54,662 nucleotides of DNA from Phoronis australis. Its lineage: Eukaryota > Animalia > Phoronida. The stretch lies in assembly GCA_002633005.1 (NCBI GenBank), contig NMRA01000578.1, forward strand, positions 142,067 to 196,728, written 5' to 3'. Under the pieces are notes generated by a model. That model worked only from the letters and a program-made list of their open reading frames with translations. It searched no databases and was not told the origin of the DNA. Every line of letters starts with the position of its first letter. Within the stretch, counting starts at the first letter, position 1. The translations under genes were made by a program, and so were the position numbers. Below, piece by piece: positions 25,301 through 37,024 of this stretch.

Positions 25301-28300
25301 ACTAGGAGTAACCGAGTTCAAACACAGAGACAGAGACGATATATGGACTAGTGTGTTATCGTGTTTTACCTTCAACCGACTTTTGGTCTTATTTTTAAGC
25401 CTAAGTAAACTTTATATTACTCCATTTCTTTCAGTTTAGCTTTAGTGGGGAGATGTGACAATACCTGCCATTGTCTTGGTACATTTCTGTTGTTCGTTTG
25501 GTCACCATTGTTATGGCACGCATGGGCCTGCTACAGTTATCGTTTGATTAATGAACAGTGAACTTTGATTACTTGTCTGATTCTTTTACACCGATGATGA
25601 TGCTTGAGGCATCGAAGAGTGTCGAAGTTGAAAAATCTCGTTTTTATTTATATTTAACATTGTAGTTAGTGAGGAAACGGCAGCGCTCTGAGTGGCAGAC
25701 GATAATATTGTAGGAAATAAAACGGAGACACAAGAGTTATATAATTAACAGTTTTGTATCAGATGTTATGTATGCTTGTGACCTGATTGTACGTTGACTG
25801 TTACTTATACTGCAGTAACTTTATTACTTAAAACTATTTTAGGAAATTTTGAAGTGACCGAGTCGACATTAACCTACTTTTTGTACTCTCAATGTCAGAG
25901 TATCGAGGGACTATTAAAAGCGAGTAGTCCCGTTGGTGCAACACGGAAAACATTACTAGGCCTACATGGCCATATTGCCCTCAACTAATTCAACAATAAA
26001 CAATCAAATTGCACCTTTGCTTTAATTTAGATATACGGCAAAAACAACAGTAAATTTGTTCTGATGGTCACCGCAGACGGGTAGCTTCGAGCTGATCTGT
26101 TCGCCCCCAGTGAAATTCGTGAGAACTGCTCTCTGACCTGTTAAATGTGTTTGTCGTACACAGTGTAAATGCACTTCGCATGGTTACAATGGATTTGTTC
26201 TTTTCAGGTGATGAAATAATAAATATTCGTATGCTACCAAACACAACCGACAAGCACACATGCTGTGAGGATCCATTCTCGCCACATGTGAGACATTCGT
26301 ATCATCGATGCTTAATCCTCGCGTCGATTCATTTTGCTGCAAACATGGGCTGTGATCTGAGCTAATTCACGTTAGGGGCACAAAGCTCTCGGTCTGTGGT
26401 GGCCCTTAGATTGTGCAAAAATACTTTTATAGAGACAGAAGGAAATGTACAAAAGGTGAAATGCATTGTGAGACTCAATGAAAAACATTTACATATTTGG
26501 GCTCAGGTTTCCATTTAGGACAATACTTTTGGTCCCGCCTTGCACAGTAATGAGCTAAATAGAGAACTGGGGTTATGTAAGCCACTTTGTGTGAATTTTT
26601 TTATTGGTACTCCTTATATAGACTCAACAAAAACAAGTAAGTGACAATATTACAACGAGATTTTTCAACTTCAATATGTTTCGATGTCTCAAACATCATC
26701 ATCAGAACAAGCAATCAAGGCCATCTAACAGTCTTGACCACACAGTCTAGAGTAGCGTGGTCATAGCTCTAATCTTGTTGTTTTTGTTAATACTCCCTGT
26801 ATATTTTATTTTGTGTTCCCCCTGTCTCCCCTTATGTGTTTTGCACAATCTTAGCACAAATTTGTTGGCGACCTTTCACTCTGACATTCCTGCCTGACGA
26901 AGAAATGTTTGCACTTCAAAAACTTGAAAAGTGTTGCAATGTTTTTACCGCATGTTACAGGAAATAAATGCGCAGTTTTATTGTGTATCTTTGTTTCACA
27001 ATCGACAATCCTCTTTTCGTTATAATTGGTATACTGGCACTGATGTGAAATCTCCAGAAACTCGATGGCGAAATCTTTAAGAAGTGATGATCAGTTCTGA
27101 CATGGAACATAAACCTCTTGTTGCTAAGCACAAATCAAGCACCGTTTGAACACAAAGAATAACGTAGTGGTCTCAAAGCAATGGAAACGGAACACTATAT
27201 AATTGAAAAGTTGATCTTACCGTTCTTAACGCATCGATAACCCACATTAAGGTACTTGACCGTTCCCCGACATGGATCGCCAAAGACAGAGTTTAATGCC
27301 TTCAGCGAACAATGTTGTTTGTTATCACAATGACACTGGGCGGTGCTGAGAGCTGTCATGGAAGCGCACTTGCTGGTCCTCACGGGCCCTAAGAGGCAGA
27401 TCTGTCGATTCTTGCGACCGTACAAAGCTGATACAATCTTCAGGGATTGATTCGCAGGGCAAGAGAGGGACAGCGTTTGGTATTCACACACTGTCTTCGA
27501 TGCTGTTGAACACACACGAAAAATGTTGGTTTTAGGTAAACAATTCTCGTTAGTCTATAAACACCACTTACAACAAATGTGGCTTGACATTGACTTTTTG
27601 AGATCAACCGCAACGCGCACTCGAGCCCACAACCTCAGCGGTAACACTCTAAAACTATTCTGCGGTAGTTTACACGCCACTCGATACTCAGCACAGTATG
27701 TTAAGCGTGTTTAGGTTGCGCTTAACCTTATTTCACAAAAATGCTATTTGTAAAAATATGGATTGTGCATGCAGCAAAATGAATGAGGATTGAAAATAAA
27801 TTCAATTTAACATAAATAGTCGTTGCTTTTGGAAATGGTGTCACCAACAGTCTATCAAAAAGGCATGGTTACGTGTCCATGAGAATGACACAGTGTTGAG
27901 AATGACACATATAGACTTGTGTCTCGACTCCTAGTTTCGGATAATGCATTCTTTTATGGGTTAACAGTGGCTAGTTCATTGGCGATCCGTAGTGAAATCA
28001 CAAAAAACAGCGGATTTATTTAATTGTATTATAGCCCTGGTCAAAGCCAATAACTTCAATAACTCTATCCCAACCAATAATAATCGCCCAAATGCGTTTT
28101 TGGTCGTAAAACCGACAGCATCAGTTAAATGTTCTGCCGTTTATCAAGTGGCATTTAGCTTCATCAGACCGGTTAGGTTGCGACCGCAAGGTTGGAAGCT
28201 CGAATCAGGGATGATGCTGCGTCTTACAAAGCAATATTTCTCACCGACAATGTCCCTTTAATAGTCAAGTTTATTTCTTCTGTGTTTGTCACTGCAAGAC

Positions 28301-31300
28301 CATTGAAAGGCGAAATGTCAAATTTATAAAATGCGCTCTTGGTTTAAGGTTATCTCAAACCTTATTTAGTGACTTCCATTCTAACTCGTATATTAAAAAG
28401 TGGCTTTGTCAACTAGCAAAAGTATATATTTTCTAAAAGAATAAAAGATCAGGCATACATATTTTACATTTATATGCCATCATTAATATTACACTAACAC
28501 CTTTTTAAACCAATTTTTCACTTTTACGAAATGTAAATTCATAGCAAAATAACGCTTCGGTCGATTTTAATGAAACCTTTTTAAATGTAAACTTCATCAA
28601 TTACCTCGAAAGCCCTGTTAGCAATATTCGATTAGTCTCTTAGTTTGGTTTCTATGAAAAATCAACTCGCGAAACGTAAGCTATTTTTGTAAAAAAAGCA
28701 GTCGTATTCGCTTCTCTGACATTACGAAAAAACTAGGCTTTATATAAAAAGTCCTAAAACCGTTTAATGAGATGAATAAATATCAAGTTTGGAAAATTCC
28801 AGCGAAATCCACGCATCCGTTTTCGAGAACTCGTGTTCCTAAGTTCAAATTAAGTTTGGAATCTGATGTCTATGATATATGATGAAAGTCAACTTGCCTA
28901 GCTTCTGTAAAATATGATAGCAGTACGCTGGACAAGACGCACAGTAATGCTTCATCTGTGAAACGGAGTGCTTTCGCGCTGCTTTAACCGCTGTTATTAG
29001 GTCGGTGGCTGCAAAAAAGTGTGAGGTATAGTTTAAAATCAGCAGACCAGTCAAAGATTTCAAAGTCAGACCTGTCTTGGATCATCATCGAAGGTTCAGC
29101 TCCTCATATAACGTTACTGAGACATGTTAACTGATGGGTATTCCAAAGGTACAAAATTTCGAGAAGCGAAAATTTATTTCCCAAAAGAAAACTTTCGTGA
29201 TTTTTCGACATTTAACCAAATGTTACAGTTAAAAATAATCTATTAGATAGCAAGATGCCATTTTTATTAAAAATCACAGTTAAATATCAAACATTCCTGA
29301 AATCGAAAGTTGTGCGTCTTATTACTATACATACTCAAAACTACAATTTATATACTAAAATGTGCAGGTGGCATACCATTACAGATTATGTTGCTTGTGC
29401 ATGTATGCACCTCAGTAGAATTTAAAGTGCAAGTGCATAATTGACCTAGCTGTGGTTTGCTATCTGGCAAATTAAAGTGATGCTTATCAGTTTGAGGAAG
29501 CAACGTTCCACAAATATCTGCTTTGAGATGCGCGCGCATGCTTTTCGAGATTTTTTAAAGTAATCAATGAAACTGTTAACAGCGTCTGTATTTAATTGTC
29601 TTCGCCGGTTCTCACGGGTCAACTGGTTAAGATGTCTGACAGGTTCTCGATGACAACTTCCGGCTCATAGACCAATCAGTCGGTTGACTCAGCAGAACCG
29701 GCGAAGTCAATCAAATACAACTAATATGTTGGTGACGGTGGTGGTTACAGTCGACACGAAAATGCTTGGTACCGTGATACCAAACCGTATCTGACCAGTT
29801 AACTTACACGGTCTGTTTAACCACAGACCGCCCCAAAATCGTTTCTTGCGCACAAGACTTTCCGTGGAATCATGATGAAGTTCTGAGGGGTATGACTTCT
29901 TGACTCTCGAAACCTCTGCAAAATAATTTCAAACTACATTTCCTGAGTACTGTCACAAAACGAAACATGCATTAAATCAATTATGCTTGTATTAAAATCT
30001 CCCGCCATTCCTTACCGTGATAGGGACTTGATTTCCCTTATGACTGAACACGACCATTAAAACCTACAACGACGCTAGGAAACATTTCAAAGATTATTAG
30101 GGTTGGTCAACTCTAAAATTGCGAATTTGAAAATGGCGCACGTACACATTGTCTGTGAATTGAGTTGCAGGGCCATTTAGCAATAATTTAAGAACAGCTG
30201 AATTTAAAAATGTTTTGAACCTGGCCAAAGCGCTTCTAAGAATTCAACATTAACAGCTAAATAGTGGCGAATTGTCCATATGACATGAGTTAACAACATT
30301 TAATACGATATCAAGCCCTGTTTTACTTTATTGATAGATATTAATTACATATTTTACTTAAATGGGAAAACCATAATTTTTAATATTATTTTCAGTTACA
30401 ACAAGAATTTCTGGCTATATAGACAAATTTTAAGACTTTATCTCAAGGGGTTATTCTCGTAAAGACACTTGAGAAATTATACCAAGTTAAGTAATTAAGT
30501 TTTTCTCGTTTTGTTATCAAATTGCAAGCTTTTTTGAACACAATTTTGTTTCTTGGCCGAAATCAGAAAATCCTCTACGATTTTCGGCTATTGCCGTGAG
30601 GGAGTTCCCTCTACATCAGTTTAGGAAACTTGATTCCTGAATTGACGGCCATGTTGGCCTTGGAAATGTACTGATAGCACCTGAGCTTAAAATTGGTCGT
30701 CATTTTGTGTGGTTGTTTGCGATTCGAATTTTCGTCCTCGCAATACAAATTTTGCTTTTCTATTGTCCAAGTGTTGAGCCATTTGTTTGCATACTAATTT
30801 GCATATTAAATATAATTGTAACTTGAAAGGTTGAATACGTCTCACTTCAAGCAGCCAGCACTAAATGCATTGACTCATAGCGAAGGCCAAATGGCAACTT
30901 TTAGCTAAAGCGCCCACTACACCGTAGCAATTTTTATCTAGATCTTTAAGTGTGTTTGTTTCTTCGCTCAAGTGCGATACCGGCCACTGCCTGGCAATAG
31001 GGCGGTCCCGGATTACACTGCGATAGAACTCTCCTTCGTCCCGGAGATAAGAAAGCGTGTGACCTAGTTTTGGAAATCACGTACATTTTCGTTTCTATAA
31101 ATGATGTCGGGAAGGCGAAGCATTTCAGATCAAGCATCCTCGGGTATTTGTCCAGTTTATGCCGCTTTTTCACGTCGGAGTTGCAGCCCACAGCACAGCA
31201 GTAACATTTCATTAGCATTGGAAGAACGAATAGAGTAACGCAACCGAGAAAAACTTGTAAAGAATCAGGCAACAACAAATAACATGTGAAACTCCAGTGG

Positions 31301-31710
31301 CACGAAAACGAGGCAGCAAATGTGCCTGACGGATGTTTACGGCATTGTGGGTAAATACAGCGAGCGGGATTCGAATGTTACTGTGTAATCCGGGACGGCC
31401 CTATTGGTGCCGCTGCAGGAAGCGCTCTTGGCACTTGGCATCAAACCGACACCGGCATTCTTGGCTGTTAACTAATTTACACGATACGTTGTGCAACGGT
31501 GCGTAATATGTCTAGCCCTGGCCTAATTATTCAGGGCAAAAGGTAGACATAGTTCCGTGTCCTTGGTTGACAATAGTAGCTACTATACGTGAAAAGGTGA
31601 AACCCACCGTTAGCCTCTTTCTCTTTCACTTCATCCAAGATAGATTGTGTTGCGCTAGATAGGCATGTACTGGCGATAACTACAACTGTCAGCAGAAGAT
31701 AGGATTTCAT
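22357..31710 (-). CDS. Secreted SUEL/rhamnose-binding (Gal_Lectin) lectin prepro-protein A; coding exons 31710-31608, 29915-29808, 29008-28898, 27502-27221, 23117-22986, 22415-22357; 264 aa
   Basis: All introns phase 1. Translation MKSYLLLTVVVIASTCLSSATQSILDEVKEKEANEVSRVKKSYPSELHHDSTESLVRKKRFWGGLWLNRPSTDLITAVKAARKHSVSQMKHYCASCPAYCYHILQKLASKTVCEYQ..ALYGR..GDPCRGTVKYLNVGYRCVKNGEEKAKTKQIPPQCKQCSGTRRGVCQVFQRHVFNYWGGLWGRQLDSEDEETTYDLLKDEMSRQ*. SUEL motifs YGR and DPC..KYL present; every exon has a counterpart in paralog B; minus-strand AATAAA at 22158-22163. Confidence 0.85.
23815..25560 (+). mobile_element. Degenerate, internally deleted Gypsy/Ty3 LTR retrotransposon (RNase H, integrase, PPT, 3' LTR start)
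   Basis: Frameshifted motifs DPKKDSVIHSDASLKGLGCVL, YYASRSL, RELLAV, TDHK, IHQAHIGVKK..VFWPGI, YPHTNGFAERMVKTVK, LNYRTT, PRSYIVKTPDGGEYRRN; polypurine tract then TGT at 25454. Lies in intron 4 of lectin gene A, antisense. Confidence 0.85.
24946..25081 (+). mobile_element. MITE inserted in the Gypsy remnant, same family as the core of 12141-12325
   Basis: Inverted ends CGTTCAGTAACGCTAGGACC / GGTCTTAGCGTTACTGAACG; CTGG duplicated; removal restores the Gypsy frame K-T-W-T-P. Confidence 0.7.
29588..29718. mobile_element. Small MITE-like element; related sequence at ~47820-47942
   Basis: GTATTTAATTGTCTTCGCCGGTTC inverted as GAACCGGCGAAGTCAATCAAATAC; GAACCGGCGAAG and GGTTCTCG..CCAATCAG recur in intron 3 of gene B. 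Confidence 0.5.
30999..31402 (-). mobile_element. 404-bp non-autonomous ISL2EU/Harbinger-like element with THAP N-terminal remnant
   Basis: 20-bp TIR AGGGC(G/C)GTCCCGGATTACAC (19/20 match), AT flanking both ends; internal minus-strand MKCYCCAVGCNSD..FAFPT is a THAP start. In intron 1 of lectin gene A. Confidence 0.65.
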
Positions 31711-32433
31711 TCTTGAGGTTTTCTGAAAATACAAAGCACAAAACAAATAAGGCCAAAACATAGCTGAATCTGGTCTCTAATTTGTTTTGAAGACTGAGTC
31801 AGTGATGCGATATTTTTTAATTGCTGGACAATCCCCCTGAGACAAATGAGGAAAAAAATATGAGGGATTGTATTTTTTGTTTCACTCATCCTTGGCAAAC
31901 CAAGGCGATTCAGTTCTCGCTTACCCTTGCGTATGTGTCTTTGTCCAATTTTCCAACAAAAATGATACCTTGGCTGATGTGAGCGAGCGATTTTTTAGTC
32001 GGTGAGCTCGGGTCTCAAAATGAGTCGGTGTGCAGACCAGAGCTAACTACATCCCTTTTTATCCAGCTAGTATCAGAGACAATAAGTGTCACACAAAAGA
32101 CTTTTCAGAGACATTAACCTAAGTCAAATGAAGCAAGTGTATGGTGTAAATGAAAATATGAAAAAAATAAAATATCCAGAGATCTACATATATGTTGTAG
32201 AAACATAACAACAAATACTCGTGTTCCGCAGTGTGGGAATTACTCACTGAATTGCCAGCCGCTGCACTCCCGCAAATCGATAGCTGATGATCATCAGCTT
32301 TAGGAGGAGAGGTTATGTAATAGGGAGATGGTCACGCTGTCAGAGACTAATCGTATTATTCACTTTTACCACTCCATAAAGAAAATAATAAAAGTTTAAA
32401 GTTGCCGCATTCATCAAACTAGGAGACAGTGTA

Positions 32434-32630
32434 GGCCTACGTGGCTCAATGGTTTGAACACAGAAATCCTGTTTGAGAGAAGTGGGTTCGAATCCTGACT
32501 TTGAAAGTTTACTTGCTGACAATCGAGCATTGCACAAAGGTGTCTCCTACTCCTCAGAGCTTGGTCTTACTAGTAAACGTATCCAGTGGAGTGACTGAGA
32601 AGCAATTTCTGGGGAACTGCTTATATTATG
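32434..32630 (+). mobile_element. tRNA-derived SINE
   Basis: Pol III A box TGGCTCAATGG (32442-32452) and B box GGTTCGAATCC (32485-32495) at tRNA-like spacing, no complete cloverleaf; 3' end approximate. Confidence 0.55.
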
Positions 32631-32940
32631 ATTAGAAAGTGTTTATTAAAAGTATTCAAGGTCATTGGCCTAAAGTACAAATACAGAAATTAAAGTTACA
32701 ATACTAGAGAGGTACAATCATTTCTTTATGTAACGATGATCTCATTTTATAAGTGTTAATGTTATTATCAAACTTGACAATGTATCAACTCAAAGAGAAG
32801 TGTATATCTATAAAAAAAAATTCAAAAGAGCCTCTGAATTGGGCATAAATCAGAAAAAAAATCCAGATGTGCAGCAAAATACTTGTTGAGTTTGCTAGTA
32901 CCAAAAGTCAAATTCTTATGAAATTACAGGTACGCCTTAC

Positions 32941-33000
32941 CTGGTAATATTTAGCTTCTTTTTACCTTTTTGAAACAACAACGAACCAAGTCGTCTGTCA
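32941..33000 (-). other. Putative non-coding first exon (5' UTR) of lectin gene A; upstream boundary uncertain
   Basis: Coding exon 1 is preceded by an acceptor (gtattttcag) just upstream of the ATG; strong donor CAG|GTAAGG at 32941 with local similarity to a donor upstream of gene B. Confidence 0.4.
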
Positions 33001-36000
33001 TCTTAAGCTCACAGAAGACCTAATGATGTCACACTATATTAGCTGTGACCCGAATGCTAGCCAATGAACCAAGGTGGCACTCAACAGTTTAAGCTAGGGC
33101 CACGACTAATTTGCAGTCCAAAATAGTTTAGGCCAGTCGTGGGGGCTGTTTGAGGTAGGCATTGCACGTAGGCTCAATGAATGTGGTTTGTTTGTATTTG
33201 TGAACATGTTTGAAATAAGAAAAGACCATTTGCTCGGCTGTAGCAGCACTCTTCTTCAAGATGGCGCCCCCTGTTGGATTTGTACATTGCTGGGTAGCGA
33301 CTGAGAAATCGCCATCAGATTTTAGGTAGCCCTAAAAGAAGCCAGAATTGCAAGAAAAACCAGCTGGTTGACTTTTGGGCCACATTTTTGGAATCTGTAG
33401 GAAGTTTACTTTCAGAATCTAATATTGGTTTTTGTCGGCAGGGAAGTGGTGGTGGGGTGAAGGTACCGATTTTGCGTTTTTCTAATCCCTTATTTCTTAG
33501 CCTACCTTGCTTTTCAGTGGGAGTGATAGGGTAAAAAACACTAGAGAGAATAAAATTTTGTGTTCATCTGTAGGATTGGTGACGTGAAATGCCTCAAAAC
33601 TTTTCATTTTTTTCATTCAGTTCTCGCCAGAGTGAACTGAAGGGTGACGAGTCCATGGACATGTGTTCAAATAGGCAAAGCGTTCCTTGTTAGAAGTAGT
33701 CTGTGCCCCCAAGTGAATGCAAGTAGTTTACGAGGTCACTGCCAGGTGAAAAATGCAAATGACGGAGTGACAAGCGAACAGTAAAATGTCGAATCCAAGT
33801 AAATGAGTATTTTGAAGGGCTTGATTTCCGTGCAGTGATATTCGCCGTATCATTTTGGCTACACATTTCTTCAGGCGATCTTAATTTGAACGTGTGCACG
33901 TCAGTGATTGATGTGCAAAGAGAGTGTCTATGTTCCTCAATAAATTCTGTAGGCTACATTACGGCGTCTTCCCGTTACTCCCAACTTGTTCGATTCTACA
34001 GCCCAACAACAAGTAGGGAAGATCACCCCTGTAGCCAATATCTTAGACGACTGATTAACTCCATTCTGGCATTTATGGTTGGAGGCACCCGTGTTCTCTT
34101 TTGTTCAATAATTGCTCTAATCTCCCATCAGATCCTATCTAGCCTGACTGGGCTGTGCTACTAAAAATGAAAGTTAAGTTATAGCATATTTGGACATAAA
34201 CCAATAGCATTTCGGAATTCCTTGTCAAATGCTGATCATGTTTAGTTTTTGAATCACCAAAATCGCCCAACTAAAACAGAAGCTAAGACAATACATTCTG
34301 CCAGGTTTCAGTAACCCTTTGAAGCCTGGGAGATAATTAGTCTGCTTGTTGTCATACGGGACAAAAGACTGTGCCGGGCAGTTAACAAAGGATGTTATTG
34401 CACGTTCAGAAGTCCTCACGCCTTGGAAAGCTGCTGAACGACATAACGCCGTCATGCGTTGGATACAGGGATGCCGGGTTTACTGACTATATTCAAACAA
34501 AAACCGATTGAAATCATAAAAAAATCGTTTTTCATTCATGCTACTCGGGCGTCAGAAGTCACGATATTCACGATCTCACTAATCATTCGCTGTAGAACTT
34601 AACTACAAAACCACCGGGAAGTGAACAGGCGATGTGTGTACTCAAAGCAGATGAGAACCGTTGACAATTGTCACCGTTTCCACGACATCTGTATGTTCCA
34701 CTTGTGATGGAAAAATAGGGAGTCTAGGTGAGTACTCGAATTTAAATTCCCAGTTATCACAAGACCCACGTAGGCGAGAAATTGTCATACAACATGACTA
34801 TGAGTACAATGGAACAATACCCAGGGCACTACAAACCTGTGGGATGGTTGGCGGTCAAAAGGGCTCGGCTAAATTAGCATAATGTACTAAGTACAAAACA
34901 CAAAAGAAATGTACAAAAAAGCACAAAAGGCATGGAGGTACAAAAGTAACAAAATTGGGGTGGAGATAAATTTAGGCGTGGGAATGTGAGGTATGAAAAA
35001 TGTGTATCGGGTTAAGCGACAAGTGTGCTTCACAGTTGAGTCCCAGTAATGGTTTGTACCGTGAATTATTTAAAAACGAAACATTATTTTCAAATAATTC
35101 ATCGTGTATTTCGGTCTTAACTACATCATCGCTCACGGCTTTCACGTACCACTCATGATCACTTTGGCAGCCGAATTTTCCTGGTGTTAAACTAAATTAC
35201 ATCGAAAAGTAGCGCCTTCACCTTTTCTGAGAAAGACATATCAGTGGTTATTTAATAAAACAAATATATATCGATGCCTTGGGCGCATCATATGATATGG
35301 ACTTCAGTGCCAGATTGCATGAAGCAGTTCCACATAAGACTCAAATAAGTTCCCTAAATCTACTGCGCATTTATGGACTTGTGAAAACACTGGTTGAGTC
35401 GCTAAGTCAATGTTTTTGATACAAATCGAGGGTGAATTCTACATTGAATTCTCAATATAATTGGAAATAAGTTTGGAGCTTTTCATGCACCACCTCTAAT
35501 TTAAGGAATAAGTCATAATTATTTTGATTGAGTTAGTGGCTCAGTTTTTAGCTATATTATTAGAAACTGTCACTCAGAAAAAGAGGAGATCATGATGAAG
35601 ATAAAATGATAAAAAAATATTACATCTTTGAGTAAAGAACAAAACAAATACGCAAAAGACTGAGGGGACTTAGTCGAGTCCCTGCTTGGGACTGTTTCAT
35701 GCAACCAACCACAGGAGCGCAACATTGCTTTCCCTCTATCTACATGACTTGATATCATCTCGGGATCGGTCCATATTTGACTTGGCACCGAGGCTAATAG
35801 GGGAGCGTATCATATTGGCGCTCTCTAGAGCAATGAGAACACGAAAGTGGGTTCCGATTGACCCTGACTCATACTTCGTGGATAGAAATTGAATTACTAC
35901 GTAATGGTTCATCAATATACAAGTGGAAGAATAAATTTAACTGTCTGTCCATCTGATTAGTTTAAGTTCACTTATTCATTTAAGGTTTTCGACACTGGCT

Positions 36001-36786
36001 GGAATCGAAATTTTCCAGCTTTATCGGCCACAGCCACTGGTTTTGTCTCGGTCTTTCTTCGCAGTTGGGAATACATGTATTGTAATACGATGTCTTAATT
36101 CATCCATTGCTTTTTTAAAAGGTTTGCCTTTTTTCGTAAGATATTATTGCATCTCATCCGACAGCAGTAGAAATTTGCAGGAAAGATGTTAAATCGCTTT
36201 TTATACCAGTAGGTTGAATCCTCCCGACAGCATTACGTACGGGATAGGCCGGGTGGGGCTGATCGCTTGCCCACCAAAGACCTGATCGCCGTCTGGCGGG
36301 CTAATGCATTTCACCTATTTCGAATGTAACCTATTTGCTGCTTTTCAGGTGCCAAAATGGGATAACGAGCCTTCGACTTCCGGCAAGGTTGTTCTCTCTC
36401 GACCCACGTGACCAGAAAGCACCATTAAGATCGCTCTGACATTTGTAGATTGTTGACTTAAAAATATTGACTTCTGGTTATTTTAAAACTTTATGATTTG
36501 TCCAAACATAAACTATAATAAAGAAAAGATATCAATACGTCGATTATCTATTTTAACACTGTCGGAAAAATTCGCAAAGTTCTGCAGAAAAATATTGCTA
36601 TAAAGACTCGCATGATCTGGTGAAGAAAGACATTTATAACTTGGAAGACAGATTCCTATGTAAAAATAACTTTTTTAGACAACTGGCTACGGTTTTACAG
36701 GGAATAAAACAAAATCTGAGAATTCCTAAAGCTTGAAAATGACGCCACAGTAAGTCGTGGCTATTCTTCTCAATGCAGCGTCTGAC

Positions 36787-37024
36787 CATGCGCGCACCCA
36801 TCATGGGAACGAGCCCCACTATTAGGCGAAGTGGGCAAAAAGGTTCGCCTTAGAGGAAAAACCAAAAAAGTAAAAAACGAGACAAATGTCCACTAAAAAG
36901 CCAGGAACTACCAAATTCGGTGAATTCACAATTCATTGCTCTGAACTTACCCCGTGAATCTTAGTAAAAAGTTCATATTCTCAAAAATACGAGCTCCCCA
37001 TTTTTCAGCCTGGGTGCGCGCATG
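36787..37024. mobile_element. MITE with CATGCGCGCACCCA TIRs
   Basis: Perfect 14-bp TIR; internal AGTGGGCAAAAAGGT shared with 43645-43821. Confidence 0.65.

Noticed and set aside
27195-27515. Lectin ORFs (here and 45679-46107) as stand-alone single-exon genes
   Set aside because: No signal peptide, non-ATG starts, and strong phase-1 splice sites at equivalent positions in both copies.
31795-32245. AP-1 (TGAGTCA) and NF-kB-like (GGGAATTACT) motifs near gene A, and TGACTCA at ~50289 near gene B
   Set aside because: Short motifs expected by chance; no alignable context.
32434-32505. Functional tRNA gene
   Set aside because: A and B boxes are present but I could not fold acceptor and anticodon stems; better explained as a SINE head.
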